Source of the DNA: a virus
Length of the DNA stretch: 64,000 nt
IMG/VR virus record: IMGVR_UViG_3300027791_000007
Location: 64,001-128,000 of that record
Direction: 5' to 3' (one strand)
The position numbers were made by a program, and so were the translations under genes. Below the pieces are notes generated by a model. The model did no database searches and was not told where the DNA came from. It worked only from the letters and a program-made list of their open reading frames with translations. Shown here piece by piece: positions 45,770 to 55,529 of the stretch. Position 1 is the first letter of the stretch. Each line of letters starts with the position of its first letter.

Positions 45770-47210
45770 GTAATTTTACCTTTTCTACTGTATAATTTAA
45801 TTGTTCTGTCTTGTATATATTTAGTCTCTGTTGAAAATGTCTATAAGTGAAATTCTGTCTGCTTAGATATGATATATCGTCTGCAATATCAAAGATTAAA
45901 ACGGAATCTTTATTATCGCCCTTACGCAGCCCACGTCCAATTGATTGGAGCACTCGTACCCTACTTTTACTTGGTGATGCGAACACGATGTTGTGAAGAT
46001 TGCGAATATTGATGCCTGTAGAAAACGTACCATAAGAAGCAATAATGATTGCGTTCTTTTCTTTTTCAACAATGCCTCGTATACTTTCTCTAGTTTTAGT
46101 TTCTGTATTACCATAAACAAAAAATACCTTCTTATCTCCATCCTTCATCATATCATAAAGAGGTTTACCGTGTTTCTCTACAAGTTGAAAAAGGATTAAT
46201 GTGTTACCCTTTACAGTTTCGCCTAATGTTTTAATAAAATTATTTCGTTTTGCATGTGAAACAATATAATTCATTTCTTCTTGATAATCGTATTTTTTAA
46301 CTCGCTTACAATCTTCCTTATCATGTTTCAAGACAATACAGTTAATATTTAGTTGTGAAAGAGTTCCTTTATCAATTAATTCTTTAGTGGTAGTCACTTT
46401 ATTAACAGTACCAAAAAGTCCTTCTAAAATTAATTGATGTGTTTCCATACCATCTAAAGTTCCAGTAAATCCAAATCTATATTTACATTCTGTAAGAAAA
46501 GTCATAATCTTAGTAAGACTTTTAGATTTAAACAAATGGGCCTCATCCCCTATCACACAACCAAATTGATTAAAGTAGGTTCTAGGCATCTTGTAAATTG
46601 ACTGCCAAGTTGAAATAACTATAGGTAACTCTGTATCTTTATCGTGTCCAGAATATATCTTATGTAGTTTAGTTCTATCCATACCATAAGAAACAAAATC
46701 TCCATACATTTGTTCTACTAAAGATGTGGTTGGAACTATGATTAATATCTTCTTTTCTTGTAATAATTGATAATATCTAGTTAAGATATATATTATTAAT
46801 GATTTGCCCGAAGCAGTAGGACTAACAAGAAAACACCTATTTTTTGATATAGCATGTTGGATAGCATCAAGTTGATAGTCTCGCATAACGATGGTCTTTG
46901 GTAGTATGGAGGTGGCAAATTTTCCCACATCCTCACGAATAACATTCCGTTCATTGTCGAATCCTTCCAATGTTAAATTAATTTGATTATTATCACAAAA
47001 GCGCTTGACATAGGCCACTAAGCCAGTATATAATGAACTTGTTCTTAGTTCATATAACCTTATCTTTCCATCCCATAACCTTCTTCTGTAATGTGGCATA
47101 TACCTTGCGCCTGGTACGTCAAAGGTAAAAAAGTCTTTAAGGTTGTGTTCAACATCTTCATCAACTTCACTTACTTTCATAAACACTTCATTCTTTTTAA
47201 TTAGTTTCAT
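45762..47210 (-). CDS. uvsW: DNA helicase UvsW
   Basis: WDGKIRL, RDYQ, SPTASGKS, GDEAH, LQSIGRGLR. Confidence 0.97.
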   Translation of the reverse strand: MKLIKKNEVFMKVSEVDEDVEHNLKDFFTFDVPGARYMPHYRRRLWDGKIRLYELRTSSLYTGLVAYVKRFCDNNQINLTLEGFDNERNVIREDVGKFATSILPKTIVMRDYQLDAIQHAISKNRCFLVSPTASGKSLIIYILTRYYQLLQEKKILIIVPTTSLVEQMYGDFVSYGMDRTKLHKIYSGHDKDTELPIVISTWQSIYKMPRTYFNQFGCVIGDEAHLFKSKSLTKIMTFLTECKYRFGFTGTLDGMETHQLILEGLFGTVNKVTTTKELIDKGTLSQLNINCIVLKHDKEDCKRVKKYDYQEEMNYIVSHAKRNNFIKTLGETVKGNTLILFQLVEKHGKPLYDMMKDGDKKVFFVYGNTETKTRESIRGIVEKEKNAIIIASYGTFSTGINIRNLHNIVFASPSKSRVRVLQSIGRGLRKGDNKDSVLIFDIADDISYLSRQNFTYRHFQQRLNIYKTEQLNYTVEKVKLHE

Positions 47211-47767
47211 TTCATCTTAGGCCCTAATACCCAACCCACAAGACTTCTTCTTATTCCGTTTGTAATTGGACGAACTCTGTGCCACTGGTCAGATTTAAAG
47301 AAGAGTGCTGTATCTGGTAATGAACGAAATGTTTCATATCTATTTTCAACAGCAGGCGAGTATATTTCCAAATCAAACTCTCCACCCTCAAAAGTATCGT
47401 TTAAAAAAACAGAGAATGACATCTTTCTTACTCTACCATCTTTGTATGGTTTATCATGAACATCTTGATGCCAACCATATTCACCACCTATAGGATACTC
47501 TCCATATTGTAATGGTTCAATTGTATCTATATCAAATCCCCAACCCACATCTTGATTAACTTTTTTAGCAATATGTAGAAAATGTTCTCGTATATCTGCA
47601 TCTTCGATAAAAGAAACATAGGAGTCTCTTTGAGTTTTTCCAGTTTGGTTGTGAGTTTGAGCTGCTTTTACACCTCTAACTCTATCCATAGTCATTACTA
47701 ATAAATATGATGGGATTTCTCTAGTTGTGTATGGCCATCCGTAAGACATTACATTCCATGCTCCCAT
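47207..47767 (-). CDS. 2OG-Fe(II) oxygenase (PKHD-type)
   Basis: YGWHQD, RKMSFSVFLN..FEGGEF, HRVRPIT.GIRRSLVGW. Confidence 0.9.
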   Translation of the reverse strand: MGAWNVMSYGWPYTTREIPSYLLVMTMDRVRGVKAAQTHNQTGKTQRDSYVSFIEDADIREHFLHIAKKVNQDVGWGFDIDTIEPLQYGEYPIGGEYGWHQDVHDKPYKDGRVRKMSFSVFLNDTFEGGEFDLEIYSPAVENRYETFRSLPDTALFFKSDQWHRVRPITNGIRRSLVGWVLGPKMK

Positions 47768-48174
47768 TGTCTAAATGCAATAGCGTTTTTAATATCCCAT
47801 CCTCTACCTTGGATTGATTTTAAAACACCATCAATATATTTGACAATTGTTTCAAGGTACATAATCTTATGTTCCATCTTAATGATATCTTCATCGGATT
47901 CTATGTATATTGATAAGTCTGTTTTTAATACTTTTAAGTCAAATGGTTTTGTTGCATAAATTTTTGCATCAGCTTTACCACCGTAATATTCCCATTTGTC
48001 TCTGTAAATAACTTTATACTCACCCTTTGATTTCCATAAGAGTAGTTCATATCTAGTTTTGTGATCTAGATATTTTGCATATAGTTCTTGGTTTTTGAGG
48101 GATTCGGTGTCTAACTTTTCATCATTTACTACCAAGTCACTTGCGACTTGAATCTTCAATTCATCTAGTGTCAT
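47749..48174 (-). CDS. uvsY: Recombination mediator UvsY
   Basis: LDTESL, KWEYYGGKA, YIESDEDI, RGWDIKNAI. Confidence 0.93.
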   Translation of the reverse strand: MTLDELKIQVASDLVVNDEKLDTESLKNQELYAKYLDHKTRYELLLWKSKGEYKVIYRDKWEYYGGKADAKIYATKPFDLKVLKTDLSIYIESDEDIIKMEHKIMYLETIVKYIDGVLKSIQGRGWDIKNAIAFRQWEHGM

Positions 48175-48194
48175 AATATATCCTTTGTTAATAC

Positions 48195-48202
48195 TATTTA
48201 TA
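48195..48202 (-). promoter_or_regulatory. T4-type late promoter TATAAATA
   Basis: Exact consensus upstream of uvsY. Confidence 0.65.
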
Positions 48203-48779
48203 TCTTATTAATAGTATATATTTTGTATCTAAAACTTACGTCTGCTGTTAAATATTCCACATCTGTAGCACCTTGAGTAAATGATAGTGCTCCAACAGCT
48301 ACTGGAAATATATCTTCAAATCTCACCTCTACGATTGGGTTATTCTTATTTGACAAAATTGTTAATGTTGCATCAGAGTACATTGATTTATCAGCAACAG
48401 CACGTCCAACTTGATCAACTGATACATTACTTGGAGTAGATGGTGTCACAGAAGTACTATTTCTAAAAAATGCAAATTGGTCTCTTTGTTGTGGAAAACC
48501 AATACCAGTTAACCAACCGTGTATCTCTCTATAGTTATCTAATTCTTCATCAACAATAAAAGTAATATCTAAATTACCATATGTTATATTTGTGCCTGGG
48601 ATAGGAATATCTTTAAATGGTGTGGGTATGACTGCCTCACCTAAAGTCAAGTCTGGTATAGTTACTGCTGTAGTATTAAATTGCACCTTTGGAAGTTGCA
48701 AGATATTAAAAGCAAATTGTGTAGGACTTAGATAGTCCAAATTAGTTGGTTGTCTTGACAGTGGATTTGTTTCGGCCAT
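48198..48779 (-). CDS. gp3: Tail completion/sheath stabiliser gp3
   Basis: YLSPTQF, FIVDEELDNY.EIHGWL, SDATLTIL; follows gene 23 as in marine T4-likes. Confidence 0.85.
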   Translation of the reverse strand: MAETNPLSRQPTNLDYLSPTQFAFNILQLPKVQFNTTAVTIPDLTLGEAVIPTPFKDIPIPGTNITYGNLDITFIVDEELDNYREIHGWLTGIGFPQQRDQFAFFRNSTSVTPSTPSNVSVDQVGRAVADKSMYSDATLTILSNKNNPIVEVRFEDIFPVAVGALSFTQGATDVEYLTADVSFRYKIYTINKI

Positions 48780-48804
48780 TACAAACTCCTTACAGTTATA
48801 TTTT

Positions 48805-48812
48805 TATTTATA
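48805..48812 (-). promoter_or_regulatory. T4-type late promoter TATAAATA
   Basis: Exact consensus upstream of gp3. Confidence 0.75.
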
Positions 48813-48817
48813 ACGCT

Positions 48818-48842
48818 AAAAAAAGGGGGAGCGAACTCCCCC
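48818..48842 (-). terminator. Rho-independent terminator after gp23
   Basis: GGGGGAG-TTCG-CTCCCCC followed by T7 on the minus strand. Confidence 0.9.
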
Positions 48843-48863
48843 CTCTAATATTATTTTCAAATA

Positions 48864-50195
48864 TTACATTAAGTTTGAAACTTTAACTTTTCTGTAATAC
48901 TGGTTAGTCGCAGAAGATACGGAAATCGCACCGTTAGCAGCAGCAGCAACCGTTCCAGTGTGGAATGGGTTAGCAGCAATACCGTAACGAGTTTTGAAAC
49001 CAATCTTTGGTTGGAATGTATTTTCACCAACTGCACGAACCATTTGTAGTGGAACGTAAGGGCAATAGAACATACCAGCGTCATAAGGTGATGTACCTTT
49101 ATATCCAACAATGTAGTATTGTGAGGAAGATACGTTTGCAGAGTATGGGTCTACATAGACTTTAAATCTACCGTTCATAACACCAGCGAAAGTAGTTGAT
49201 GTGTCATCTACGTTCAAGTTGTTATTTAGAGCAGGAGTATAGTCTAGAACACCAGCCATTTGAAGGGCAGATGCGACATCAGCGGAACAGATAATCATGT
49301 TACCTTTTCCTCTTCTTGTCTGTTGACCGATTGCGTTTGCATCTCTTTCAAGAGCGAACATCAAACCTTTAAACTTCTCAACACTCCAACGTCCGTTAGA
49401 ATCTGTGTCTAAGTCAAAGATACCAGCGTTAGTTGTATTTGTTTGAGCACCTTTTACAGCAGAAACATAAATGTTTCTTACAACTTCTCTGTTGATTTCA
49501 GCAAGGATTTCAGCAGATAGGATGTTTGCAAGTTCTGTCTCAGCGTCTAAACCATGAATTGCTTTTAAGTCTTGTGCAAGTTCCATAGTGTATTCTGCTT
49601 TAAGAGCACGTGTTACAGCAGTAACAGTATGCTTCTCAATTGAGAACGCCATTTCAGCAAACTGATTTCCAGCAGCGTCACCTAATGCTTCTGCCTGTGC
49701 AGTTGTCATACCAGTTGCACTAGTATAAGTTCCAGCAGGACTGTCATTAAGAACAGATGGATTAGTTTCACTTGAACCAATATCTCCACCACCGACATCG
49801 CCAGCAGCATTTTGGTTTGAATGATCTGGTAGTGCTTCATCGACAAGTGCTTCTGCACCGTCCATTGATGCAAATCTTGCTCTCATTGCAAAGATTAAAC
49901 CAGTTGGCCCAGTCATAGGTTGCACACCACAAATGTCATATGCAATAAGATTAGGCATTGATCGTCTTACTAGGGAAATCAAGATCGGATCCCATGTGTC
50001 TAGAGAAGCGTTACCACCAACAAAGTTTGTTGGAGCGGCTTCTGTCATGAAGGCTTTATCTTCTTTTAAAGCTTTCTCTTGGTTCTCTAGGATAATTGTA
50101 GTAACGGCCCGTCTGTAACTATCCGAAATTTTTGGTAATTCTGGATGTTCTAGGACTGGCTGCCACTTTTCTTGTAAATGTTCTGTTTGAAACAT
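48864..50195 (-). CDS. gp23: Major capsid protein gp23
   Basis: LQEKWQPVL, LVRRSMPNLIAYDICGVQPMTGPTGLIFAMR, YCPYVPLQM, FQPKIGFKTRYG. Confidence 0.99.
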   Translation of the reverse strand: MFQTEHLQEKWQPVLEHPELPKISDSYRRAVTTIILENQEKALKEDKAFMTEAAPTNFVGGNASLDTWDPILISLVRRSMPNLIAYDICGVQPMTGPTGLIFAMRARFASMDGAEALVDEALPDHSNQNAAGDVGGGDIGSSETNPSVLNDSPAGTYTSATGMTTAQAEALGDAAGNQFAEMAFSIEKHTVTAVTRALKAEYTMELAQDLKAIHGLDAETELANILSAEILAEINREVVRNIYVSAVKGAQTNTTNAGIFDLDTDSNGRWSVEKFKGLMFALERDANAIGQQTRRGKGNMIICSADVASALQMAGVLDYTPALNNNLNVDDTSTTFAGVMNGRFKVYVDPYSANVSSSQYYIVGYKGTSPYDAGMFYCPYVPLQMVRAVGENTFQPKIGFKTRYGIAANPFHTGTVAAAANGAISVSSATNQYYRKVKVSNLM

Positions 50196-50227
50196 GTGTT
50201 CCTCCTTATTTAAACAATTTTACGTTA

Positions 50228-51526
50228 TTATTTCGTATTCGCACTCTTGACACTTCTACCTATGGCAGACATGTAGACATTCATAGTATCAGTTGTGTCA
50301 ATGTCCTTTACGGTGCCAGTTTCTACATCATCAAATGCGCCAACCACCTCTTTAATGGTTCTTGGAAAGTAACTTTCTTTCAAAGTATCAATTTTCTCTC
50401 TAAATGATTCTTCGTCAGTGAAGTCAACTTCTCTAACCAGCGATTGAAACTTTTCAATTTCAGTTTCAGCCAAATCAGTAACACTCTCTGATATGACCTT
50501 TTCCCTCACTAGTTTAGCATTCTGTTCTTTAGACTCGACTACCTTTTGGATAGTTTCGTCCAGTTTGCTTTCTAGTTTAGAAATCTTGTCTGATTGTGCC
50601 TCAAGTACATCGTACTTTTCGTCAGGCACGTCTACATAATGATCTTCAAAGAGTTGTTTCAATCCAGAGATAAAGTCCTCAGCAATTTCACCTTTTAGTC
50701 CTCGTTCAATTGCAAGTGTATTCTCTTTCATCCATTCTTCGACAACATAATTCAAGTAGTTGTCAACTTTTTCCGATAGGTCGTCTTTGGTTTCATTAAT
50801 TTCAGAAGTAAGTTCGTTCTTATATTCTTCTTCAAGACGTTCTACTTCTTCTCTTACCTTAGATTTAACTGCAGCTTCAAATACTGTTGCAGCTTTTTTC
50901 TTAAATTCATCTGTTAGTTCAGAATTTTCATCGTTCATAAGTGCATCGACATGTTCTTTAACATCTATGTCTGCAACTCTTTTCTCGATTTTTTCTGATT
51001 TTTCTTTAGAAGCTTCGTCCATGTCCATTTCGTCCATCTTATTGTACATGGCCATAAGTTTTTCCATCTTTGCCTTAGGCATAGATGCCATCGCATTAAT
51101 CATCTTGTCTTTCATTTCCATTTTAGTCATTTCTGCGATTTCTTCTTCACCTTTTACGTTCTCATCGCCTGCAGCGAGAGACTTAGCAACTTTACCTTCT
51201 CCATCATTTGGTGTATCCATTTTATCTGCACCACCTTGTGATTTCTGTTGAGCGTCGCCTGAAACTTGTTTAGCTTTAGCAGCTGCTTTTTTACCAACAT
51301 CTGCACCAGCAAGATTACTTGCTTTAACTGCATCTTTAGTTACAGTTCCTTCTGGTTTTGCACCACCAACATCGTCTTTGCCAGTTGCACCATCAGTTGG
51401 AACAGATTCTTGTTTTTCTGCTTTCGCAGCGTTTTTCATAGGAGCATCGGCACCGTTGGCTTCTTCTAATTCACCAAGTACTTCAGCTTCCAATTCCTCA
51501 ATGGTTTTGTCTAATTGATCAGCCAT
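50228..51526 (-). CDS. gp22: Prohead scaffolding/core protein gp22
   Basis: FKKKAATVFEAAV, VDNYLNYVVEEWM.EN.LAIE.GL, LKESYF. Confidence 0.95.
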   Translation of the reverse strand: MADQLDKTIEELEAEVLGELEEANGADAPMKNAAKAEKQESVPTDGATGKDDVGGAKPEGTVTKDAVKASNLAGADVGKKAAAKAKQVSGDAQQKSQGGADKMDTPNDGEGKVAKSLAAGDENVKGEEEIAEMTKMEMKDKMINAMASMPKAKMEKLMAMYNKMDEMDMDEASKEKSEKIEKRVADIDVKEHVDALMNDENSELTDEFKKKAATVFEAAVKSKVREEVERLEEEYKNELTSEINETKDDLSEKVDNYLNYVVEEWMKENTLAIERGLKGEIAEDFISGLKQLFEDHYVDVPDEKYDVLEAQSDKISKLESKLDETIQKVVESKEQNAKLVREKVISESVTDLAETEIEKFQSLVREVDFTDEESFREKIDTLKESYFPRTIKEVVGAFDDVETGTVKDIDTTDTMNVYMSAIGRSVKSANTK

Positions 51527-51568
51527 GGGATTCTCTCCTTTTTATTTAACTCTATGGTTATTAACTAT

Positions 51569-51576
51569 TATTTATA
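51569..51576 (-). promoter_or_regulatory. T4-type late promoter TATAAATA
   Basis: Exact consensus upstream of gp22. Confidence 0.8.
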
Positions 51577-51578
51577 AA

Positions 51579-52223
51579 TTACAACATTTTGAGGAACTTA
51601 GCAAATTCTAATGCTTGATTTGCAGCTTTCCCCTTCTCAAGTCTTTGTTTCATCTCCACCAAATGTGGTTCAAGATAACTTCCATTATCCCACACCCACT
51701 CTTTTCCTTCCATGATACCTTCCACGAAAGCGGATGGAGCCGATGGATCAGCAACGATATCAGCCGCAGTTGCGAGCATGAAATCTTTGTTTACATAGTT
51801 TGCACCACCTTTTGATACTAAACTACCCATACCTCTTGATGAAACACCTAATGTAGCACCCTCATCCATAAGACTTTTTACAATCTTACCCATAGGGGTG
51901 TCCATTATTTTTGCCTCTCCGATAAAATTTTTACCTTCGGGCACTAATGATGTTATCAAATGAGATGCTCTTTCGAGATTTACAGTCGGCCCTTCTGGGT
52001 GACCTAATTCTCCAAAAGCTCTCTTTTTCGCTATGAAGTTTTTATTATACTTACCTACTTCATTAGTCAATACTTCCATAGGATAAACACGGCCATTTCG
52101 GTTCTTTATGTCCGCCTGCATGAAAACACCACGAATTTTATAGTTCTTCTTACCATCAGCAGCTTCTTCTGCGATAAAATGAACATCTTGGATATCTTCT
52201 GTAATTAATTTTACTAAGCGCAT
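51579..52223 (-). CDS. gp21: Prohead protease gp21
   Basis: NRNGRVYP, GELGHP, GVSSRGMGS, DIVADPSAP. Confidence 0.97.
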   Translation of the reverse strand: MRLVKLITEDIQDVHFIAEEAADGKKNYKIRGVFMQADIKNRNGRVYPMEVLTNEVGKYNKNFIAKKRAFGELGHPEGPTVNLERASHLITSLVPEGKNFIGEAKIMDTPMGKIVKSLMDEGATLGVSSRGMGSLVSKGGANYVNKDFMLATAADIVADPSAPSAFVEGIMEGKEWVWDNGSYLEPHLVEMKQRLEKGKAANQALEFAKFLKML

Positions 52224-52254
52224 TTGTTTACCTTTTCCGAAATCTTATTACTTT

Positions 52255-52262
52255 TATTTATA
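52255..52262 (-). promoter_or_regulatory. T4-type late promoter TATAAATA
   Basis: Exact consensus upstream of gp21. Confidence 0.8.
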
Positions 52263-52285
52263 ATTATAAAATGTTCTATAATTAT

Positions 52286-52879
52286 TTAAATTCCAGTTTG
52301 TCCTAGAATGATTTCTTCTACATATATTTTGCTGTTAGAACCAGCAGTCTCGTTAATATGTGATATACTGTAACATGATCTTGCAGTAGCATCACCAGTA
52401 AATGTTGCAGTACTACTACCATCAACAGCACCAAGTGTGATTGTTGTAGAACCCACAGCAGATACATTAACATTTGTTAACAGTGTATTCCATGCAGCAA
52501 CATCAGCATCCACTACAGATATTTGATCACCTACAGCAAAAGGATGATTTACACCACCACCGCCTGGGGAGTTACCACCACCTTCTCCTCTTTGTGCAAC
52601 TGTTAATACCACTGGATCAGCAGAAGTTGCAGACAAAATTTGAATTGCGTTTGGTCTTTCTTCTGGTATCATAGTGATTACAGTACCCCCATCTATATAA
52701 CTTCCGTTGGTTGCTGTAACTGTTGTACCCTCTTGTGTTATTTTGACAAAACCATTCTCTCCACCATGTTCCGAAATTCTGATAGCAGAACTTGGCCCTA
52801 ATGGCCCCAGAACTAACGAAGCCGCGGCATTGTTGGCTTGAACGATTTTACCAATGTGTCGTAACATTTTAAACGCCAT
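52286..52879 (-). CDS. Hypothetical, probable virion-associated beta-rich protein
   Basis: G/T/A/V-rich; HPFAVGDQISV motif; lies in head cluster; good SD. Confidence 0.55.
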   Translation of the reverse strand: MAFKMLRHIGKIVQANNAAASLVLGPLGPSSAIRISEHGGENGFVKITQEGTTVTATNGSYIDGGTVITMIPEERPNAIQILSATSADPVVLTVAQRGEGGGNSPGGGGVNHPFAVGDQISVVDADVAAWNTLLTNVNVSAVGSTTITLGAVDGSSTATFTGDATARSCYSISHINETAGSNSKIYVEEIILGQTGI

Positions 52880-52888
52880 TTTATTCTC

Positions 52889-53131
52889 CTATATGTCTAA
52901 AATCTCTCGTTCAAAGTACTTGATTAAATCTTTCTCTGGAACGCTATTTTTTTTCGCTACATTTTTAATTGTTTTTTCAAAAGTATTTAGGAAATCAGAA
53001 GGTTTGTCATCCATAACTTGAAAAATTCCGTCCACAGCTTTCTTCATCCTAGGCGACAATTTCTTGTACTCCTTAGATTTTTTGTGTTCGTCCTTTTCAA
53101 GAACTGTATTATACATACCTTCAAATATCAT
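52889..53131 (-). CDS. Small prohead core protein (gp68-like position)
   Basis: Charged; VLE site; position between genes 20 and 21. Confidence 0.5.
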   Translation of the reverse strand: MIFEGMYNTVLEKDEHKKSKEYKKLSPRMKKAVDGIFQVMDDKPSDFLNTFEKTIKNVAKKNSVPEKDLIKYFEREILDI

Positions 53132-53310
53132 TATTCTTCTGTCTCATCTGCATTTGGGAGTCCATCTCTAACAAAAGTCTTTGCAACTTCTTTTCTTTTT
53201 GCTTCAAGAGCATCCCCTACTTTGGTTTGAATAGCGGCCTTAAAAGCATCTTCTGCCTCAAGGTTATTCTTATTCACAACTGCATCAACAAACTCTTTAC
53301 TTGTCGCCAT
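53131..53310 (-). CDS. Small prohead core protein, gp67-like (MATSKEFVDAV...; ORF track extends it to 53424)
   Basis: Immediately after portal; A.DAF..AI..KV.DALE.KR.EVA pattern; GGAG SD before ATG 53310. Confidence 0.65.
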   Translation of the reverse strand: MATSKEFVDAVVNKNNLEAEDAFKAAIQTKVGDALEAKRKEVAKTFVRDGLPNADETEE

Positions 53311-54955
53311 TTTCATCTCCATTTGGTTTAGGTTTCGGTTTATCTTTGGATTTATCATCCCCACCTTCTGGTGGCACCTCGCCTCTAAATTTCGCAACAT
53401 CATCAGCAGGAAGAGCACCACCATCTACTTGTGGATATCTAGTAATACCATCTGTTGCAGTTGGAACATTAACTCCACCATCTTCAACATCCATACCAGC
53501 CTCTTTCTTAATTTGAAGTTGCATCTCATCTACTTCAGCATCAGTCATATTCAACACATTTCTCAATACATATTCTTTTGAAAAGAATGTGCCGATATAA
53601 GGTTCTATCGTTGATAAAGAGTTTAACCTACCCTCTAATAGTTCTGCTTTCTTTAGTTCTGCAAAATGTCCGTCTTGTAGAAAATCATATTGAATATGTT
53701 CTACCATTTTCGGCCAATCTTCTATACCAATTACTCCTTTTAAGAGTAGTTGTGTTTTTAGAAGATCTGTTAGTAGTGGTGTAAACCTCTTCCTCATTCT
53801 CTGAACAAACTTAGTAAATTTAAGTTCATCCCTTGTAATCTCTGTACTTCTACCTAAACTAAATCCTTCTTCTGCATTTAATCTAGCTTGTGGAACATTT
53901 AATGATTGATACAATTTCTTTTTAAAATATTCAATATCATCAATCTCTCCAAGATTAGAACCGCCTGGTAATGTAGTAATTTCTGTTCCTCTACCACCTT
54001 CTCTTCGTGGCAACCAGAAATCTTCTAGCATTGACATGTGATTTCTATCATCTTTAATTTCACCAGTTTGAGCATCATATACCAGTTTGTTACGATATCT
54101 GTTCATAACATCTTTTAGGTATTGTTCTGCTTTAATTTTAGGTAAGTTACCCACATCAATATAGAATATACGTCTTTCAGGCGCCCTTGATATACGATAG
54201 ATAACAAGTGCATCCTCAATCATTCTAAGTTGATTAACTGGTTTGATTGCTTTGTGTAAGTATGAAAGTACATGACCTTTGTTTTGGTCAATTAATCCAG
54301 ATGGACAGTAAGCGATTGAATCTCCAGCGACTTTAATACCTTGATTAGAACCACCTCCTACACCAATACCCTTTTCATTATACATGTAGTAATCTTCTAC
54401 ATCTGTAATGAGTTCCATTGATTGATGAGCGCCTTTGCCTTTATCTTTTTTAATCTCTCTTACTTTTTTAATCTTTTTGGGATCAATGTATCGTAATTCT
54501 ACAATACCTTGTCTGGGATTCTTTTTATCAATTACTTTATGATAAAACAATCTTCCATCAACATACCAACGTCTGAATATGTCGTGACCTTTAGCTTCAA
54601 AGTCTAGTAGTTGTAAGACTTGTGAAAACTCTTCCCTAATTCTTCTTTTGATTTTGTCTGAATAACCAAGGTTATCAAGTGTGACTTGAATCGCTTGATC
54701 TCTTTCGTTAGAGACAATGGACTCGTTAACAATATCTTCAATCGCAGCATCGCACTCTGCCTGTTGGGCAATGTCTCGATATCTACGAATAAGGTCTTGT
54801 TCAGTCCGTTCTCTACCGTCTGTGTCTAAAATTTGAGCAAAATGTCCACCACCAGCGACTTCAACAGTTCCGTCATCGGTTTTTGGTGGGGTAAATTTCT
54901 CTACCCCACCAGTATCTTTTATTTTCTCAAATTTAAATCCAAATAGTTCCGCCAT
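53297..54955 (-). CDS. gp20: Portal protein gp20
   Basis: FRRWYVDGR, SYLHKAIKPVNQLRMIEDALVIYRISRAPERRIFYIDVGNLPK, EDFWLPRREGGRGTEITTLPGG. Confidence 0.99.
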   Translation of the reverse strand: MAELFGFKFEKIKDTGGVEKFTPPKTDDGTVEVAGGGHFAQILDTDGRERTEQDLIRRYRDIAQQAECDAAIEDIVNESIVSNERDQAIQVTLDNLGYSDKIKRRIREEFSQVLQLLDFEAKGHDIFRRWYVDGRLFYHKVIDKKNPRQGIVELRYIDPKKIKKVREIKKDKGKGAHQSMELITDVEDYYMYNEKGIGVGGGSNQGIKVAGDSIAYCPSGLIDQNKGHVLSYLHKAIKPVNQLRMIEDALVIYRISRAPERRIFYIDVGNLPKIKAEQYLKDVMNRYRNKLVYDAQTGEIKDDRNHMSMLEDFWLPRREGGRGTEITTLPGGSNLGEIDDIEYFKKKLYQSLNVPQARLNAEEGFSLGRSTEITRDELKFTKFVQRMRKRFTPLLTDLLKTQLLLKGVIGIEDWPKMVEHIQYDFLQDGHFAELKKAELLEGRLNSLSTIEPYIGTFFSKEYVLRNVLNMTDAEVDEMQLQIKKEAGMDVEDGGVNVPTATDGITRYPQVDGGALPADDVAKFRGEVPPEGGDDKSKDKPKPKPNGDENGDK

Positions 54956-54996
54956 TATATTACTCCAAATTTCCTACTACTATTTAGTAGGTTTCA

Positions 54997-55527
54997 TTAT
55001 AAGATATTTGAGGGTTCAAAATGTTGATATCTCCAAGTAACCTCAAATGTTTCAATTTCTGTTGCTTCAGCAGTTGTTAAGTCAATCTGTGAAACAGTCA
55101 GTGGAAACGCATTTCTAAAAATGTAAGATTTAAGGATTGTATCATCTCTGTCTAGTTGTTCAACTGTTAAATCAGTTTGATAACCAGCAGGGGTAATTAA
55201 TCCAGTAGCATCGGCATAATTGTTAATACCGTTCTGCCATCTTTCCATTGCGTTTCTAATCATAAAGTCAGTATCATTATAAAAAGTAGTTGTCCAAGTT
55301 TCTGGAGCAGGTCTATCACCAGCCATATAAATGGTTCTACCTCTGAATGGTACAGCAATCTCACCTAAAGTACTTGCAGGCAAGTTAGTTGCAGTTACCA
55401 AGAATGAAGTTCTACGAACATCCAATCCAGTAGTAATTTCAGAAGGTGGAGTTAACGTCACTTTAAATTGGTTGGCACGAGCACCACCACCGATAAGATT
55501 TGCTTTGAAATCGTCTATTTTAGCCAT
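54997..55527 (-). CDS. gp19: Tail tube protein gp19
   Basis: GGARANQF, VPFRGR...AGDR, WTTTFYND.DF.IR.A.E.W. Confidence 0.95.
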   Translation of the reverse strand: MAKIDDFKANLIGGGARANQFKVTLTPPSEITTGLDVRRTSFLVTATNLPASTLGEIAVPFRGRTIYMAGDRPAPETWTTTFYNDTDFMIRNAMERWQNGINNYADATGLITPAGYQTDLTVEQLDRDDTILKSYIFRNAFPLTVSQIDLTTAEATEIETFEVTWRYQHFEPSNIL

Positions 55528-55529
55528 GA